Part shown: piece by piece, positions 10,868-22,366 of the stretch | Layout of the letters: each line of letters begins with the position of its first letter | Numbering within the stretch: position 1 is the first letter of the stretch | Assembly (NCBI GenBank): GCA_020184695.1 | Contig: JAANOX010000269.1 | Span: 124,001-188,000 of the forward strand | Origin: Histomonas meleagridis 2922-C6/04-290x | Taxonomy: Eukaryota; Protista; Parabasalia | DNA length: 64,000 nucleotides | Reading direction: 5' to 3' | Translations under genes and position numbers: made by a program | The notes under the pieces: generated by a model | The model's database searches: none | Told to the model about the DNA's origin: nothing | Seen by the model: only the letters and a program-made list of their open reading frames with translations

Positions 10868-13800
10868 ATGAAGAATGCTGATACATCTGATGCTTTTTCA
10901 AACCATTTAACATTAAATAACTCAATTTCATTTCTATTTGAAAATTTAAGAAATTTGTCATATATCAAGTCAAAATTTTCTGTAAATAATATTCTAAAAT
11001 GTTATCTCAAAATACAATCACCAATCACTAATATAAGTATTTATTTTAAAGAATTTTTCCTCTTTATTATTTCTTCAATTTTATTTTTAAATTTCACAAA
11101 AATTATCTTAAGCAGTATAATTTCATATATCACTAAATTGCTTTCATATAACAAAGATAAAATCAAATCAAAAATTCTTTTTCTTTTATTTGTTCTATTT
11201 TTTACACAATCTATCGAAACATATCAATCAGGAACACTAACTATAACTACTGATGATGAATATAAAAATAGGAATAAATATAAAAAAGCATCACATGTTA
11301 TAATCACCGGCAGCGTTGAAGAAATTGGATATGAAGCTTTTTCTGAATGGACTTCATTAATTTCAGTTGAAATTGGTGATTGTGTTACTTCTATTGGAGA
11401 TTATGCATTTGCTGATTGTTCTGGTTTGAAAACGATTACGATTGGTGACAATGTCAGAACAATTGGACAATATGCATTTCAAAGATGTTCATCATTAAAT
11501 TTAGTAACATTTGGTAATAATGTGAACACAATTGGAAGTGGCGCATTTTCAACATGTTCATCATTAACAATTATTACAATTCCAAATTTAGTAACTTCAA
11601 TTTCAAGTTCAATGTTTCGTAATTGCAGAAGTTTAAAATCAATAATAATACACGAAAATGTCAACACAATTGGAAATAGTGCATTTCAATACTGTTCTTC
11701 ATTAATTCATATAACAATTCCATCATCAGTTACCAAAATTGGAAGTTCTGCATTTTATGGGTGTACAAGTCTTCAATGTATATATTATTATGGCGAAAGT
11801 GAACCAGAATTTGTATCAAGTATTTTTGGGTCAGATGTTTTTTATCAGGTTCCTGCAGAATATGTTATGACAATCGATTCATATAATAGCGATACATTTG
11901 GTACAAAGGCGGCACTCAAAGGAACGACTGTTGATGGATGCAGTGCAATGGAAACTCAAACTTTTACACAACCAAGTACATTTACTAAATCGAATACATT
12001 TACTGATTCGAATGCATTTACTAAATCAAATACATTTACTGATTCAAATACATTTACTAAATCGAATACATATACTGATTCAAATACATGTACTAAATCA
12101 AATACATTTACTAATTCGAATACAATGATTGATATATTATTTTCAAACATAGTTATATCATTAATTGTATTATTCTTTTTTACAATAATAAATCACTTTA
12201 TATCTTCTTTTAATGTTTTTAACAAAAATACACATTTTATTTCTTTAATAATTATTTTATTTTTTGTAAATGCATTACAAACTTACAGTTCTGGTACACT
12301 TACAATAACAAAATTCGATGAATTTAATAATGATTATATGTCTAGCACGAAGAAAGTTATAATATCAAGTGTTGAAGAAATAATTCAAAATGCATTTGCT
12401 CAATGGCCTTATTTGACAACTGTTCAAATCGGAAGTTCAGTCATTCGAATTTCAGCAAGTGCATTTAATTCATGTCCTCAGTTAACAGATGTGCAATTTG
12501 GTGATGATTTAGAAACAATATCTGAATATGCTTTTTCAGGATGTACGTCATTAAGAAGTATCACATTTCCAAATTCTTTAAGGAATATCGGAGATGCTGC
12601 ATTTAGTCTTTGTATGTTTCTGAGCACTGTAACTTTCAATGAAGGTTTAACAACATTTGGAAATTTAGTATTCCATAGTTGCAGTCTTAAAAGTGTTAAT
12701 ATTCCAAGTTCTGTTAAAACAATATCATCAAATCCATTTATAGGGTGTACACAACTTCAATCTATCAAAGTTTCTACAGAAAATTGGTATTTTTCGAATT
12801 ACAATAATGACGGGATACTATATGATATAAAATTTACAAAAATTATTAGTTACCCAGCAGGAAGCTCATTAATTGGATATACTATTCCAGATACAGTCGT
12901 TTCGATTGAGCTAACAGCATTTTATTATTGTTCAAGGTTACAAACAATTATCATTGGAAAAAGTGTTAGTAAAATTGGTACCGATTCATTTAATTCATGC
13001 TCCTCTCTTAAATGTATATATTTTAAAGGAGAATTACCTCCAGATATTGAAAGTAGTGCATTTAGTGGTGTTCCTGCTGATTATGTTATGGTAAGTGAAG
13101 AATTTAAAGGTGGATTATTTGGAGACAAACAAATTACAGCTGGGCAAATTCCTACTGAATGCAACTCTGTGTTGGTGTACTTACGTACAAATACATTTAG
13201 CCAAAGCAATACATTCACAAAGTCAAATACATTTAGTCAAAGCAATACATTCACAAAGTCAAATACATTTAGTCAAAGCAATACATTCACAAAGTCAAAT
13301 ACATTTAGCCAAAGCAATACATTCACAAAGTCAAATACATTTAGCCAAAGCAATACATTCACAAAGTCAAATACATTTAGCCAAAGCAATACATTCACAA
13401 AGTCAAATACACTTACGAAATCAAATACTTTTACTGAATCCAATACACTTACTAAATCCAATACATTTACTAAATCAAATACATTTACATTATCGAATAC
13501 ATATATTAAATCGAATACATTTACTAAATCAGATACATTTTCATTACAATTCGATGGAACATTTGTTCATACGATAATTTTCACATATTCCATCACGCAA
13601 ACGATTATTCCCAAATCGATTATTACGAATTCGATTAGTATTACATTAACTCATTCGACATATTATTATATTTATTCTGAATTTATTACATATGAATATA
13701 TTCTTTATCAATATTCGACGTATTATTTTTATTATTCTAATTTCTATACAATACTTCATGAAGATTTACACGAAAATGATACATTTCCACGAAGTGCATT

Positions 13801-13999
13801 AATTGGTATTATCTGTGGTGCAGTAATCATCGTATTACTTATTATTGGACTCGTTCTCTTTTTAATTCAACGCAAACAAAAAGGAAATTCGAATACGCAA
13901 ACAGAAATGACAACGATAAGTTCATCAGAAGGTAACGCAGAAGTCATCAACAAAGAATTTAAAGACTTCGTTCTGAATGAAAATGATCAATGGCTATAA
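10868..13999 (+). CDS. BspA-like (TpLRR) surface protein with two LRR modules, two Thr/Ser/Asn stalks and a C-terminal TM plus acidic tail
   Basis: Repeats of IGxxAFxxCxxLxxIxI, (FTKSNT)n stalks, TM ALIGIICGAVIIVLLIIGLVLFLI, tail ending ENDQWL. Confidence 0.92.
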   Translation: MKNADTSDAFSNHLTLNNSISFLFENLRNLSYIKSKFSVNNILKCYLKIQSPITNISIYFKEFFLFIISSILFLNFTKIILSSIISYITKLLSYNKDKIKSKILFLLFVLFFTQSIETYQSGTLTITTDDEYKNRNKYKKASHVIITGSVEEIGYEAFSEWTSLISVEIGDCVTSIGDYAFADCSGLKTITIGDNVRTIGQYAFQRCSSLNLVTFGNNVNTIGSGAFSTCSSLTIITIPNLVTSISSSMFRNCRSLKSIIIHENVNTIGNSAFQYCSSLIHITIPSSVTKIGSSAFYGCTSLQCIYYYGESEPEFVSSIFGSDVFYQVPAEYVMTIDSYNSDTFGTKAALKGTTVDGCSAMETQTFTQPSTFTKSNTFTDSNAFTKSNTFTDSNTFTKSNTYTDSNTCTKSNTFTNSNTMIDILFSNIVISLIVLFFFTIINHFISSFNVFNKNTHFISLIIILFFVNALQTYSSGTLTITKFDEFNNDYMSSTKKVIISSVEEIIQNAFAQWPYLTTVQIGSSVIRISASAFNSCPQLTDVQFGDDLETISEYAFSGCTSLRSITFPNSLRNIGDAAFSLCMFLSTVTFNEGLTTFGNLVFHSCSLKSVNIPSSVKTISSNPFIGCTQLQSIKVSTENWYFSNYNNDGILYDIKFTKIISYPAGSSLIGYTIPDTVVSIELTAFYYCSRLQTIIIGKSVSKIGTDSFNSCSSLKCIYFKGELPPDIESSAFSGVPADYVMVSEEFKGGLFGDKQITAGQIPTECNSVLVYLRTNTFSQSNTFTKSNTFSQSNTFTKSNTFSQSNTFTKSNTFSQSNTFTKSNTFSQSNTFTKSNTFSQSNTFTKSNTLTKSNTFTESNTLTKSNTFTKSNTFTLSNTYIKSNTFTKSDTFSLQFDGTFVHTIIFTYSITQTIIPKSIITNSISITLTHSTYYYIYSEFITYEYILYQYSTYYFYYSNFYTILHEDLHENDTFPRSALIGIICGAVIIVLLIIGLVLFLIQRKQKGNSNTQTEMTTISSSEGNAEVINKEFKDFVLNENDQWL
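11970..12125 (+). repeat. Coding 18/36-bp tandem repeat (FTKSNT/FTDSNT stalk 1)
   Basis: Recurring tttactaaatc(g/a)aatacatttactgattc. Confidence 0.88.
13190..13545 (+). repeat. Coding 36-bp tandem repeat (TFSQSNTFTKSN stalk 2)
   Basis: About 6 near-perfect copies of aaatacatttag(c/t)caaagcaatacattcacaaagtc, then degenerate 18-mers. Confidence 0.92.
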
Positions 14000-14768
14000 A
14001 TCGATTGAATCATTTATGATCCAAAACATCAATAAATCTCGAATTCTATATATTTTATTTTGTTAATTCATTTTTCAGGAGGTTACTGAAAAATTACAAA
14101 CAGTAAAAAAGGCAGCACAAGTTCATTGTATTTTCGAATTAAATAATTGAATAGTAATGTCACCATATATTTTCGATGTTATTCTTTTGCTCAATGGGAG
14201 ATATTAGCCGTCCAAAATCATATACTTGTGTCCGGTAGTTGAAAATTCAATCAGGTGAAGTTGTGTATATACAATATATTCAATTTGACCCAAGGCGGAG
14301 GTTCGATTCAGTGCAAAAAATATATTGGAAGCTATCATTGGTATCTTTGATTCTGTGGTGCATTCATCATATTCTTCGTTGGAATAAAAGTAGACGGCGC
14401 GATTGAAGCAGGTATTTTATTTTTTCAATTGGTTCCCAGAACAATTTTTTCAGTTTGACACAAATTTTGAGAAGCCGAAAAAGCACGTTTAAATGTATTT
14501 ATGTTCTCTCGACCGTTTTATGTAGGTTATGTATTTACATTTTTTCTCAATGTTACATCTGGCACAACATTCATCAATTGCACAGCTTCCTTTTGGCGTC
14601 TCTTAATGTACAAGTTTTTATAAGACTTCTCATTTCTTTGATGGATTTATCAAATATTCTACACATAATTCTACATCCATCTTCTCATATAAAATTCTTC
14701 CAATAATCATATTATTTTTTGCTCTTCTATGAAAGAAATTAATAACTCAAAAAATTCACAAAAAAGAA

Positions 14769-14940
14769 AAAATCAAATCAAAAATTCTTTTTCTTTTATT
14801 TGTTCTATTTTTTACACAATCTGTTGAAATATTTCAATCAGGGACACTAAATATAACTACTAATGATGAATATAAAAATAGGAATGAATATAAAAAAGCA
14901 TCACATTTTTTCTATTTTCTATGGAATCCTAACATGTGGT
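14769..14940 (+). pseudogene. Truncated duplicate of the BspA signal/first-module segment
   Basis: 14769-14906 is nearly identical to 11159-11296 (KIKSKILFLLFVLFFTQS...YKKASH). It then diverges to a TAG, and I found no in-frame start. Confidence 0.8.
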
Positions 14941-15238
14941 GTAATTAGAGATACCACGAATAAAATTATTTATAAATAAGTTCGGAATTACATAAATTAT
15001 TGGAAATTCAATGAACATTATTTTTTTGTTGAAAATTGTAACCATAAAATCTAAATATCTCGAAATTGTCAGGACAACTTCCAAAAACACGACAATTTTT
15101 AGAAAAGAAAACTTGAATATAATATTATATTTTATTAGTTATCTATGGTCAAAATATCAATAACCGCTTTCTGCCGCGCCACCCATAAACACAGAAATGT
15201 AAAACAGTGAATTTCAATTATCGTTGTGCGTAAAGTAT

Positions 15239-18200
15239 TCAATAAATGTATTTCAATATTTCTCCAGACAGGAAGTCATCGATTAACATATTTAATCTCT
15301 CCTCAGATAAAAACAATTCGAATTCATTTTTGAAGCCGATTCCTTCGTTTCCTAACAAGTCCAAATAAATTGAAGGGATTTGGTACATAAGAAAACTACT
15401 TTGATCTCTATAATTAAACACTAAAAGCGTTCTTGAGTTTTTGAAGTTTATATTCATTATAACATGTAAATCATCTTTTGAGTCTTTATAATAATCATAT
15501 ATTTGATTAGGTCCGAATGTTATTCCGTCATGTAAACTTATCATATATTCTTTATTAAATGAAGTCAGTTCATTATATAAATAAAAAGGTTCTTTACCGA
15601 AATACAAAAAATTATTTGGTAAATATATAAATTTAAATTGTTCAAATGTATATTCATTTCCATTATATTTAATATTATATCTTTTACATAACTCTTCGTT
15701 CGATAATTCTAATTTCCAATCGATAAGTTCTTCATTATTTTCACCTAATGCATAATATTCAGTTAATCTTACGCGTCTTAAAAATAAAACAATTTCTTTT
15801 TCTTCTTTAATTTCATTTATATATTTTTGTATAATTTCATTTAAATTTATTTCGTTTTGATTACATTTTAATAAAAAAATAATAAATCTTTGGAAAACAG
15901 AAAATTTTTCGTTTTGTATTATATCAAATGTGTTAAGAATTACTTTTAAGTTTAAATATAAATTTCGTGCTAATACATAAAACTTTTTCGGTTCTAAACT
16001 TAATGAATTTGATCGAAGTCGAACTTCATATAATATAATAACACTACAAAATGAATATATGATTTGATTAACATCATCGAATTGTTGTTTAAACATTTCA
16101 ACAGCATTAATAATATTTTGTTGACTTAAATCATTTTTGTTATCAAGTTTCGGTATACAATTATTACGAATGTATCGATCAATTGGACATTTGGAATTAG
16201 TTAAACATTTCCGATGTATTAAATGTGTACATAAAGTAAAACATTTTATATATTTTATTGTTTCATCATAAGTATCATATTGAAGAGGTATTGTTGAATG
16301 ATATATGAAAAGTTGATAACAAAGAATTTCTTCATCTTCATTAAGAATAGTTTTACATGAACAACATTGCTCAACATATTGCGTTAAATCATTTTCATCA
16401 AGTTCAATGTTATTACCTTTTTCAAATTGTTCGATTTTCATATTAAACTTTTGTAATATCATTGACTTTAAATCTTTTGATTTATTACTTTTGGATATAT
16501 TTTCATTCGTTTTTGGTGTTTCATATGAAATGTTCATTTGTTGAAGTGCATTTTGTCCAATTGTTCCTAAATCACTTATTAAATCGACAAATGATTTCGG
16601 TGGATAACTTTGGAATTGATATTTTTGATACATTAAAGACTCAAAATCATTTGGAATTTTTGCAATTAATTCTTCGATGTTATTAACATTTATTGTTTTT
16701 GTTATATTTTTATTTGATGTTTTCCCATAAAATTTCGATGTTGTTAATAAAAGATTTATTATAAGTTGATTTGTTTCTTGCGATTTTTTACATAATAAAA
16801 TATAATACTCAATTGCTAATAATGTTTTAGTGAATAATATCGAATGTAAATCCATTCCAAATGATTCTTCAATAAAAGGTTTAAAAGGCATTAATTCATT
16901 TGGATATTTAGAAATATATTTCGAATAAATCGATAATATTTTATTCGAATCATAAACAGGTGATAATGGATCCCATAAATCTTTTGATTTTAATTTAAAC
17001 ATTAAACCTTTTGTAGATGAAGAAGAATTAGAAATTTTATCTAAATGACTTTTAATGATTTTTATATTTTTCATTTTATAATGAGAAAAAATATTATTAA
17101 AAGATTCATAAAATTTTGGCTTAAATAATAACTTAGAAATTAATTTTTGATTTATTTTTTCTTCTTTATTTCCATTAATTTCTAATCGATCAAATATTAA
17201 TGATGAAATAAAATGTATAAAAATGAAATATATTAAATCATTTTTATCTTTTTCTTCATCAAAAATTCCAATTGTATGAGCTATTGTATTAATCATTTTA
17301 TCTTTATCTTGAATATATCCAAGACATAATTGCATTAATAAAAATAAATGTGGCAAAACTTTAAAATGTTCTAAATTTATTAACACATGTTTATACCCAA
17401 AACAATTCCTTAATATTTCATGGCAATCAAAATCATATGAAATTAAAACTCGTTGAAGATTTCTAGATATTAATAATAACAAATTATCAACATTGTTAAT
17501 ATTATTCTTTAAAATATTATCTTTTTGTATCATAAACAAAGACTTTAATAATAAAAATGGTGGGAAAAAAAGCGAAATTTTACATCCACTAAACAATGAA
17601 CTATTTATATTCTCATCTTTATAAATATCGAAAAAATATTTCTCAATTGTTTTAATCTTATTATTAATATTTATATTTTTACATTTTTCTATATGCACTA
17701 AAGTATCTGCAAAATTATAACTACATAAAACATATGAAAAATATCTATAATCATCAGATTTTTGAAGTATATTTGTATACACAATCAAGTTTTCATCAAA
17801 ATGTATGTCAATAAGTTCATTTATTACGCGTTGATAATTTGATTCGAAATATTCATTCGAAAAAATAATACTTATTAAATCATAAATTTCATAATAATTG
17901 GAATAAATTTCATTCCGACGATATAGAGAAGATGCTATTGATAATTGAATCTTTAAATTCGTTTTAATTATGTTCAAAAAACAATTATACCAATCAAAAT
18001 TATATTTATCAACACATGGAATTATTACATAATCTAAAAAGAATTGGAAACTTAGATCAAGCAAAGGTTCAATTTTAGATTTTTTCTTGTTGATTATAAT
18101 TTCTTGATAATTATAATCGAGTAAATCACAATATTTAGTTAAAAAAATATAGCCAAACGATATCTTAAAGGAAGACTCAACAAGAAAATGACCAATAAAG

Positions 18201-18781
18201 TTTGTAAACTCAAAAACAACAGATGAGTCTGCAATAAAACATGAATCTATAAGATCGGTGATAATGTTATCTTTCTTCAAAGATGTAATTAGTAAATTTT
18301 GACATATATCCCCAGTTTGACAGAATTTGCTGAGCCACTTAAGTAATAAAATTGAATCGCCTGTATTGGTTTTGAATAGTTGCGGAAGCTGAGAGATGGC
18401 TGTATCAAAGATTTGTGGAAGAAAAGCAGAAATTGAGCGAGGAATCAAGGATTCTTTTTGAGGATGCTGGCTATGGTTTTTACAATATCCAGATGGTTTC
18501 CATTGACTTGAGTCACCGCAATCGCAATTACCGCCGCCAGGACGTTTTGTGACACGTAGTGAATGACCTTCGTGATTCCCATTAAAATAACATTGAAGAC
18601 AAATACAGCTATTTTGTTTTACGCCACAATCTTCGCAGTGAATTGATATATGATATGAATTCCAATATACATGACATTTACTTGATTCTTTATTATTGAG
18701 ACAATCAAGAAGATCTTCAAATTTTGTGAGCTTTGCTTGCTGGCAAAGAACAGATTCCCAGTCTTTGATTATTTCATTCAT
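15239..18781 (-). CDS. UBR-box N-recognin E3 ubiquitin ligase (UBR1/2-like)
   Basis: UBR zinc finger CEDC...CICLQCYFNGNHEGH...GGGNCDCGD...GYCKNH and a RING-like CCSC...CTHLIHRKC...CPIDR; first ATG at 18781 (the track start is TTG). Confidence 0.88.
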   Translation of the reverse strand: MNEIIKDWESVLCQQAKLTKFEDLLDCLNNKESSKCHVYWNSYHISIHCEDCGVKQNSCICLQCYFNGNHEGHSLRVTKRPGGGNCDCGDSSQWKPSGYCKNHSQHPQKESLIPRSISAFLPQIFDTAISQLPQLFKTNTGDSILLLKWLSKFCQTGDICQNLLITSLKKDNIITDLIDSCFIADSSVVFEFTNFIGHFLVESSFKISFGYIFLTKYCDLLDYNYQEIIINKKKSKIEPLLDLSFQFFLDYVIIPCVDKYNFDWYNCFLNIIKTNLKIQLSIASSLYRRNEIYSNYYEIYDLISIIFSNEYFESNYQRVINELIDIHFDENLIVYTNILQKSDDYRYFSYVLCSYNFADTLVHIEKCKNININNKIKTIEKYFFDIYKDENINSSLFSGCKISLFFPPFLLLKSLFMIQKDNILKNNINNVDNLLLLISRNLQRVLISYDFDCHEILRNCFGYKHVLINLEHFKVLPHLFLLMQLCLGYIQDKDKMINTIAHTIGIFDEEKDKNDLIYFIFIHFISSLIFDRLEINGNKEEKINQKLISKLLFKPKFYESFNNIFSHYKMKNIKIIKSHLDKISNSSSSTKGLMFKLKSKDLWDPLSPVYDSNKILSIYSKYISKYPNELMPFKPFIEESFGMDLHSILFTKTLLAIEYYILLCKKSQETNQLIINLLLTTSKFYGKTSNKNITKTINVNNIEELIAKIPNDFESLMYQKYQFQSYPPKSFVDLISDLGTIGQNALQQMNISYETPKTNENISKSNKSKDLKSMILQKFNMKIEQFEKGNNIELDENDLTQYVEQCCSCKTILNEDEEILCYQLFIYHSTIPLQYDTYDETIKYIKCFTLCTHLIHRKCLTNSKCPIDRYIRNNCIPKLDNKNDLSQQNIINAVEMFKQQFDDVNQIIYSFCSVIILYEVRLRSNSLSLEPKKFYVLARNLYLNLKVILNTFDIIQNEKFSVFQRFIIFLLKCNQNEINLNEIIQKYINEIKEEKEIVLFLRRVRLTEYYALGENNEELIDWKLELSNEELCKRYNIKYNGNEYTFEQFKFIYLPNNFLYFGKEPFYLYNELTSFNKEYMISLHDGITFGPNQIYDYYKDSKDDLHVIMNINFKNSRTLLVFNYRDQSSFLMYQIPSIYLDLLGNEGIGFKNEFELFLSEERLNMLIDDFLSGEILKYIY

Positions 18782-19165
18782 CAAAAAAAATACTTCTGGT
18801 GTATCGGCTTCACTTTTTGAACATAATTCTATTGAAATCGATCGAAAAATGCAAATTTTACACAATAAATTTATTTGATAATTTCTTTCATGTTGATATT
18901 TTCCAAAAGATTAATCGATTGTTATGACTTTATCGAACGAATTTTTTAAAAATTTCCAATATCATATGGTCAAAATCAGATCGAATTTTGAAGTTTGAAT
19001 AGTGAATATATCATAACAACGACATTTTTGTAATCTCCAACTTGTGTCATCATTAACATATAAATATTATTGAAAAAATATTGCAGGATTTGAAGATTGA
19101 GGAATTTTGTGATTTTTTCTGCCATTGAAAAATAACCGTTATATCCTGACTATAACCTCTAAAAA

Positions 19166-21712
19166 ATGAGCAGTCGCAAATCTGTTCTTGATATTCTTAC
19201 GGAGCAACAAGAACGTCTTATTTCCACTGCTCAACTCCTTTCATCTCAAGCGTCTACTCAAAAGGAAATTTCCGAATTACTTGTCAAAGGTTCCAAAGAT
19301 CTTACCAGTGAATTACGACTTTTATCATTAGTTCGAGCCAAAATCATCAAAAACAAAATACGCCCTACCGAAAAAATAATATCATCACCAACTTTCCGAG
19401 GTCTTCAATTTTCCAAAATGGAGTATTTTCCACCATTTATTAATCCCAATCTTTGTAATCATTATACTTATCTTTGTTCCTATATGCGAAAGAACCCCGA
19501 AACCCTTGCCAAAATCTTATTTGAATATTCCATCAAGAATCCACTTAAGACCACCAAAGTTGCCTATTCATTATTTCTTGCCTTATATCAACAAGGGTGG
19601 TGCATTGAAGAAGATCTAATGTTGTTTGAAGTCTTAACTTGCATGGCAGATTTACAATTTTCCGGCCGTCGATATTCACGACGTGATCAATTAGCTAATC
19701 TTAAACCATATCCACCTCGGCAACTTAATTATTCACTTGATACCAGTGAAGCTGCAGTATCAGTCTATTTACCATTCATCACATTTTCCACCTCATATCT
19801 CTTTAATGGTGCCTCCTTTGCGTATCTTCAAACCTCCTTATCACCCATCATTCTTAAACTTCATTCTTTATCCTATTTATACGATTTACGCACAACATTC
19901 GAAACATTAGAAAACGGTCAAATGATCTCATTGGCGAACTTTAGTTATTGGAAAATCATATTAATGTATGCCAAACAAGTATTACATTCCCTTGAACAAT
20001 GTTTACCATTATTACCTCCATCCACGTTTGGGTTAATGGCATATCTCAAGTCACTCAACGTTGATTTATTTTTAGTTTTTTTCGAAGCGTTTATTAATCG
20101 CGCGTTGGATAGCCCAGCGATCTTAGGCTTATTATCGTGGCATCCTTCGCATGAGAACTGGAATCCTTCGAAAGACATTGCCGACATCTTTCGTACTAAA
20201 TCATTAAAGTCATTACCATCGAAACACTTAAGTTGTTTAGCGAAAGTGTTAATGATTTTACCGGAATATTCGGAGATCGACATTTCACATTTTTTAGATT
20301 TATTAATATTACCATTAGACACAACTACTTCTTATATGATTAGTGAAGCAGAATTATTATCAACGAATCCGTCATTTCCGAAAGAGTTATTAATCACAAC
20401 AGCAGATATTACATTATTACATAAGGCATTAAAATCTTTCTCAGGTCGAAATGAAGCATTAAATAAAATATTACAAAATATGGGAGATGTGATAAAGAAA
20501 GATGAAAACTCAAATTTACATTTTCGGATTGTGTTGACACGAATTTCTAGAAAATCTTCAATCACAAGTTCGACCGAATGTTTCTCATTATTTAGAAATA
20601 GTTCGAAAAATGATTTGTTAACAGATAATAATAATAACAATAAGAAAAAAGGTAATGATCCATACGCTGCGTTTTTTTGTGATACTTTAAGTTTAATGCC
20701 TTCACCAAAACAATTCGGATCTAAATCAATTGGCGAATATTTAAAACAAATGATATTAGTGACTTCGTTCTTCGTGCCGGAAAAAAATATTTATCAATCA
20801 AACACTGTGTTATGGTACGCGTTGATGCAATTAGAAAATGAAAAATCGTTTTTGAAACGAATCGGTAAAGTCGTAGATGCAAGAGAAGAAATATCAATGA
20901 ATTCGGCAGATAGAACTTCTTCTTTAAGAACGCAAAAAGAAAGAATTGAAAATTATTTGTACGTTGTGAAAAGTATTCGATTAAATTTGCAAAGTCATAT
21001 TAACTTACAATTGGCTGAAAGCTTAATTAAGGATAAGTTATGTCAACAATTCATAGAGGCTATGCATCATAGTCATGTGTTTGTTACTGATGTGAAAGAA
21101 TTTAGAAATGTGGTATCAGAAGTATTAAAATCTGCAAGTAGTATATTAAAAGAAAAAAACATCGATATGAACGTGTCAATGCAAATTAGTCGAATTCTGT
21201 TCTTCAAATTGACTGAACATGTAACATTTAGAAGATATATGCAAAGTGATGCAGTCGTATGGAAAAGATCTGTAATCGTCTCGAAAATATTAGAAAATAA
21301 ACATGACGAGTTGATCAATGAAGCTAATAAAGATCAGCCGAAAACTTTCAAGAGCAAAATCCATTACCTACAAAGAGCGGCGGACTTGTTGGGCCACATC
21401 AGATTCAATTCTGGTATATCTGTCATAGTTTATTATGTGTTGGAGACCGTTTCTCTAATTCAGAGTTTATGCAAAAACTGTCGCGATTTGAGTTTCGACG
21501 GTTGTTTACTATGGGTGTTGGTGAATACAAAGGCAAAACATATTTACGTGTTAAGTAAGTTTATTCAACACTTTTTGTTGTCGGAAAATTTGTTGGATAA
21601 GTTTATGACGCCTGAGGAAATTAGTCTGTTGGCTTTATTGCCATCAGCTGTTAGATATTTGATACAATTATGTAATCAATATGATAAAAGAGTTGTTACA
21701 AGTTGGGCTTAA
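19166..21712 (+). CDS. RasGAP-like + degenerate VPS9-like domain protein (GAPVD1/Gapex-5-like architecture)
   Basis: 848-aa ORF. N-half YLCSYMRKNPETLAKIL...FFEAFINRALDSPAILG is RasGAP-like. C-terminal LQRAADLL...LSFDGCLLWVLVN..AKHIYVLSKFIQHF is VPS9-like. Confidence 0.55.
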   Translation: MSSRKSVLDILTEQQERLISTAQLLSSQASTQKEISELLVKGSKDLTSELRLLSLVRAKIIKNKIRPTEKIISSPTFRGLQFSKMEYFPPFINPNLCNHYTYLCSYMRKNPETLAKILFEYSIKNPLKTTKVAYSLFLALYQQGWCIEEDLMLFEVLTCMADLQFSGRRYSRRDQLANLKPYPPRQLNYSLDTSEAAVSVYLPFITFSTSYLFNGASFAYLQTSLSPIILKLHSLSYLYDLRTTFETLENGQMISLANFSYWKIILMYAKQVLHSLEQCLPLLPPSTFGLMAYLKSLNVDLFLVFFEAFINRALDSPAILGLLSWHPSHENWNPSKDIADIFRTKSLKSLPSKHLSCLAKVLMILPEYSEIDISHFLDLLILPLDTTTSYMISEAELLSTNPSFPKELLITTADITLLHKALKSFSGRNEALNKILQNMGDVIKKDENSNLHFRIVLTRISRKSSITSSTECFSLFRNSSKNDLLTDNNNNNKKKGNDPYAAFFCDTLSLMPSPKQFGSKSIGEYLKQMILVTSFFVPEKNIYQSNTVLWYALMQLENEKSFLKRIGKVVDAREEISMNSADRTSSLRTQKERIENYLYVVKSIRLNLQSHINLQLAESLIKDKLCQQFIEAMHHSHVFVTDVKEFRNVVSEVLKSASSILKEKNIDMNVSMQISRILFFKLTEHVTFRRYMQSDAVVWKRSVIVSKILENKHDELINEANKDQPKTFKSKIHYLQRAADLLGHIRFNSGISVIVYYVLETVSLIQSLCKNCRDLSFDGCLLWVLVNTKAKHIYVLSKFIQHFLLSENLLDKFMTPEEISLLALLPSAVRYLIQLCNQYDKRVVTSWA

Positions 21713-21929
21713 AAGTAAATAAAATTAAATATTTTGTTAAAAAATAAAAACATAATAATTAGTCATTTATATATTTGATAATTGTTCCTTTAATCTCATT
21801 GTTTTGATGAAAATGAAATGCTCTTCTGAATTCGCTGTAAATCAATTGATAAAAAAAATGTTTGGCTGCTACCAAATTTCAAAATTGCTGATTTTTTACC
21901 ACGAACTAATTTAAATTCTTAAGTTCAGA

Positions 21930-22366
21930 ACTCTCATTAACGACTGTTATTATCACATTCATTAGCTGTTTATGGAACAAAAACGAAATTATATTCATCA
22001 TATATAAGTAATTAGACATTTTCACATATTGAAACAGAATTTATTTATTACAATTATACAGTTGTAATTTATTCGACTTATTATAATTATTATTCCAATT
22101 TCTTTACAATGTTTTATACTTCCAATGAAAATACACCAAATGGAATTACGACAAATGTTTTGATTGGAATTATTTGCGGATCATTTGCATTTGTTTTGGT
22201 CATTGTTGGAATTGTTATATTTTTAGTGAAAAGTAATAACAAGAAAGAAAAATCGAAATCAAAGTTACAATTTAAGGACACGACAACATCAAGTACAAAG
22301 CAAATCGAAGAAGTAAATAGTCTAGTTGATGATATTACGAAAGAAGACGATGACAATTTTCTATGA
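21930..22366 (+). pseudogene. C-terminal relic of a BspA-like membrane protein
   Basis: The frame upstream of ATG 22109 reads YSTYYNYYSNFFT, matching the BspA YSTYYFYYSNFYT, and is followed by TM VLIGIICGSFAFVLVIVGIVIFL and an acidic tail EDDDNFL. There is an in-frame TAG near 22013 and no LRR part. Confidence 0.7.

Noticed and set aside
11479-13577. Alternative-frame and antisense ORFs over BspA (e.g. 11898-12128, 13095-13577)
   Set aside because: By-products of the 18/36-bp coding repeats.
14293-14312. GGAGGTTCGATTC resembling a tRNA T-loop/B-box
   Set aside because: The flanks do not form a T-stem or cloverleaf.
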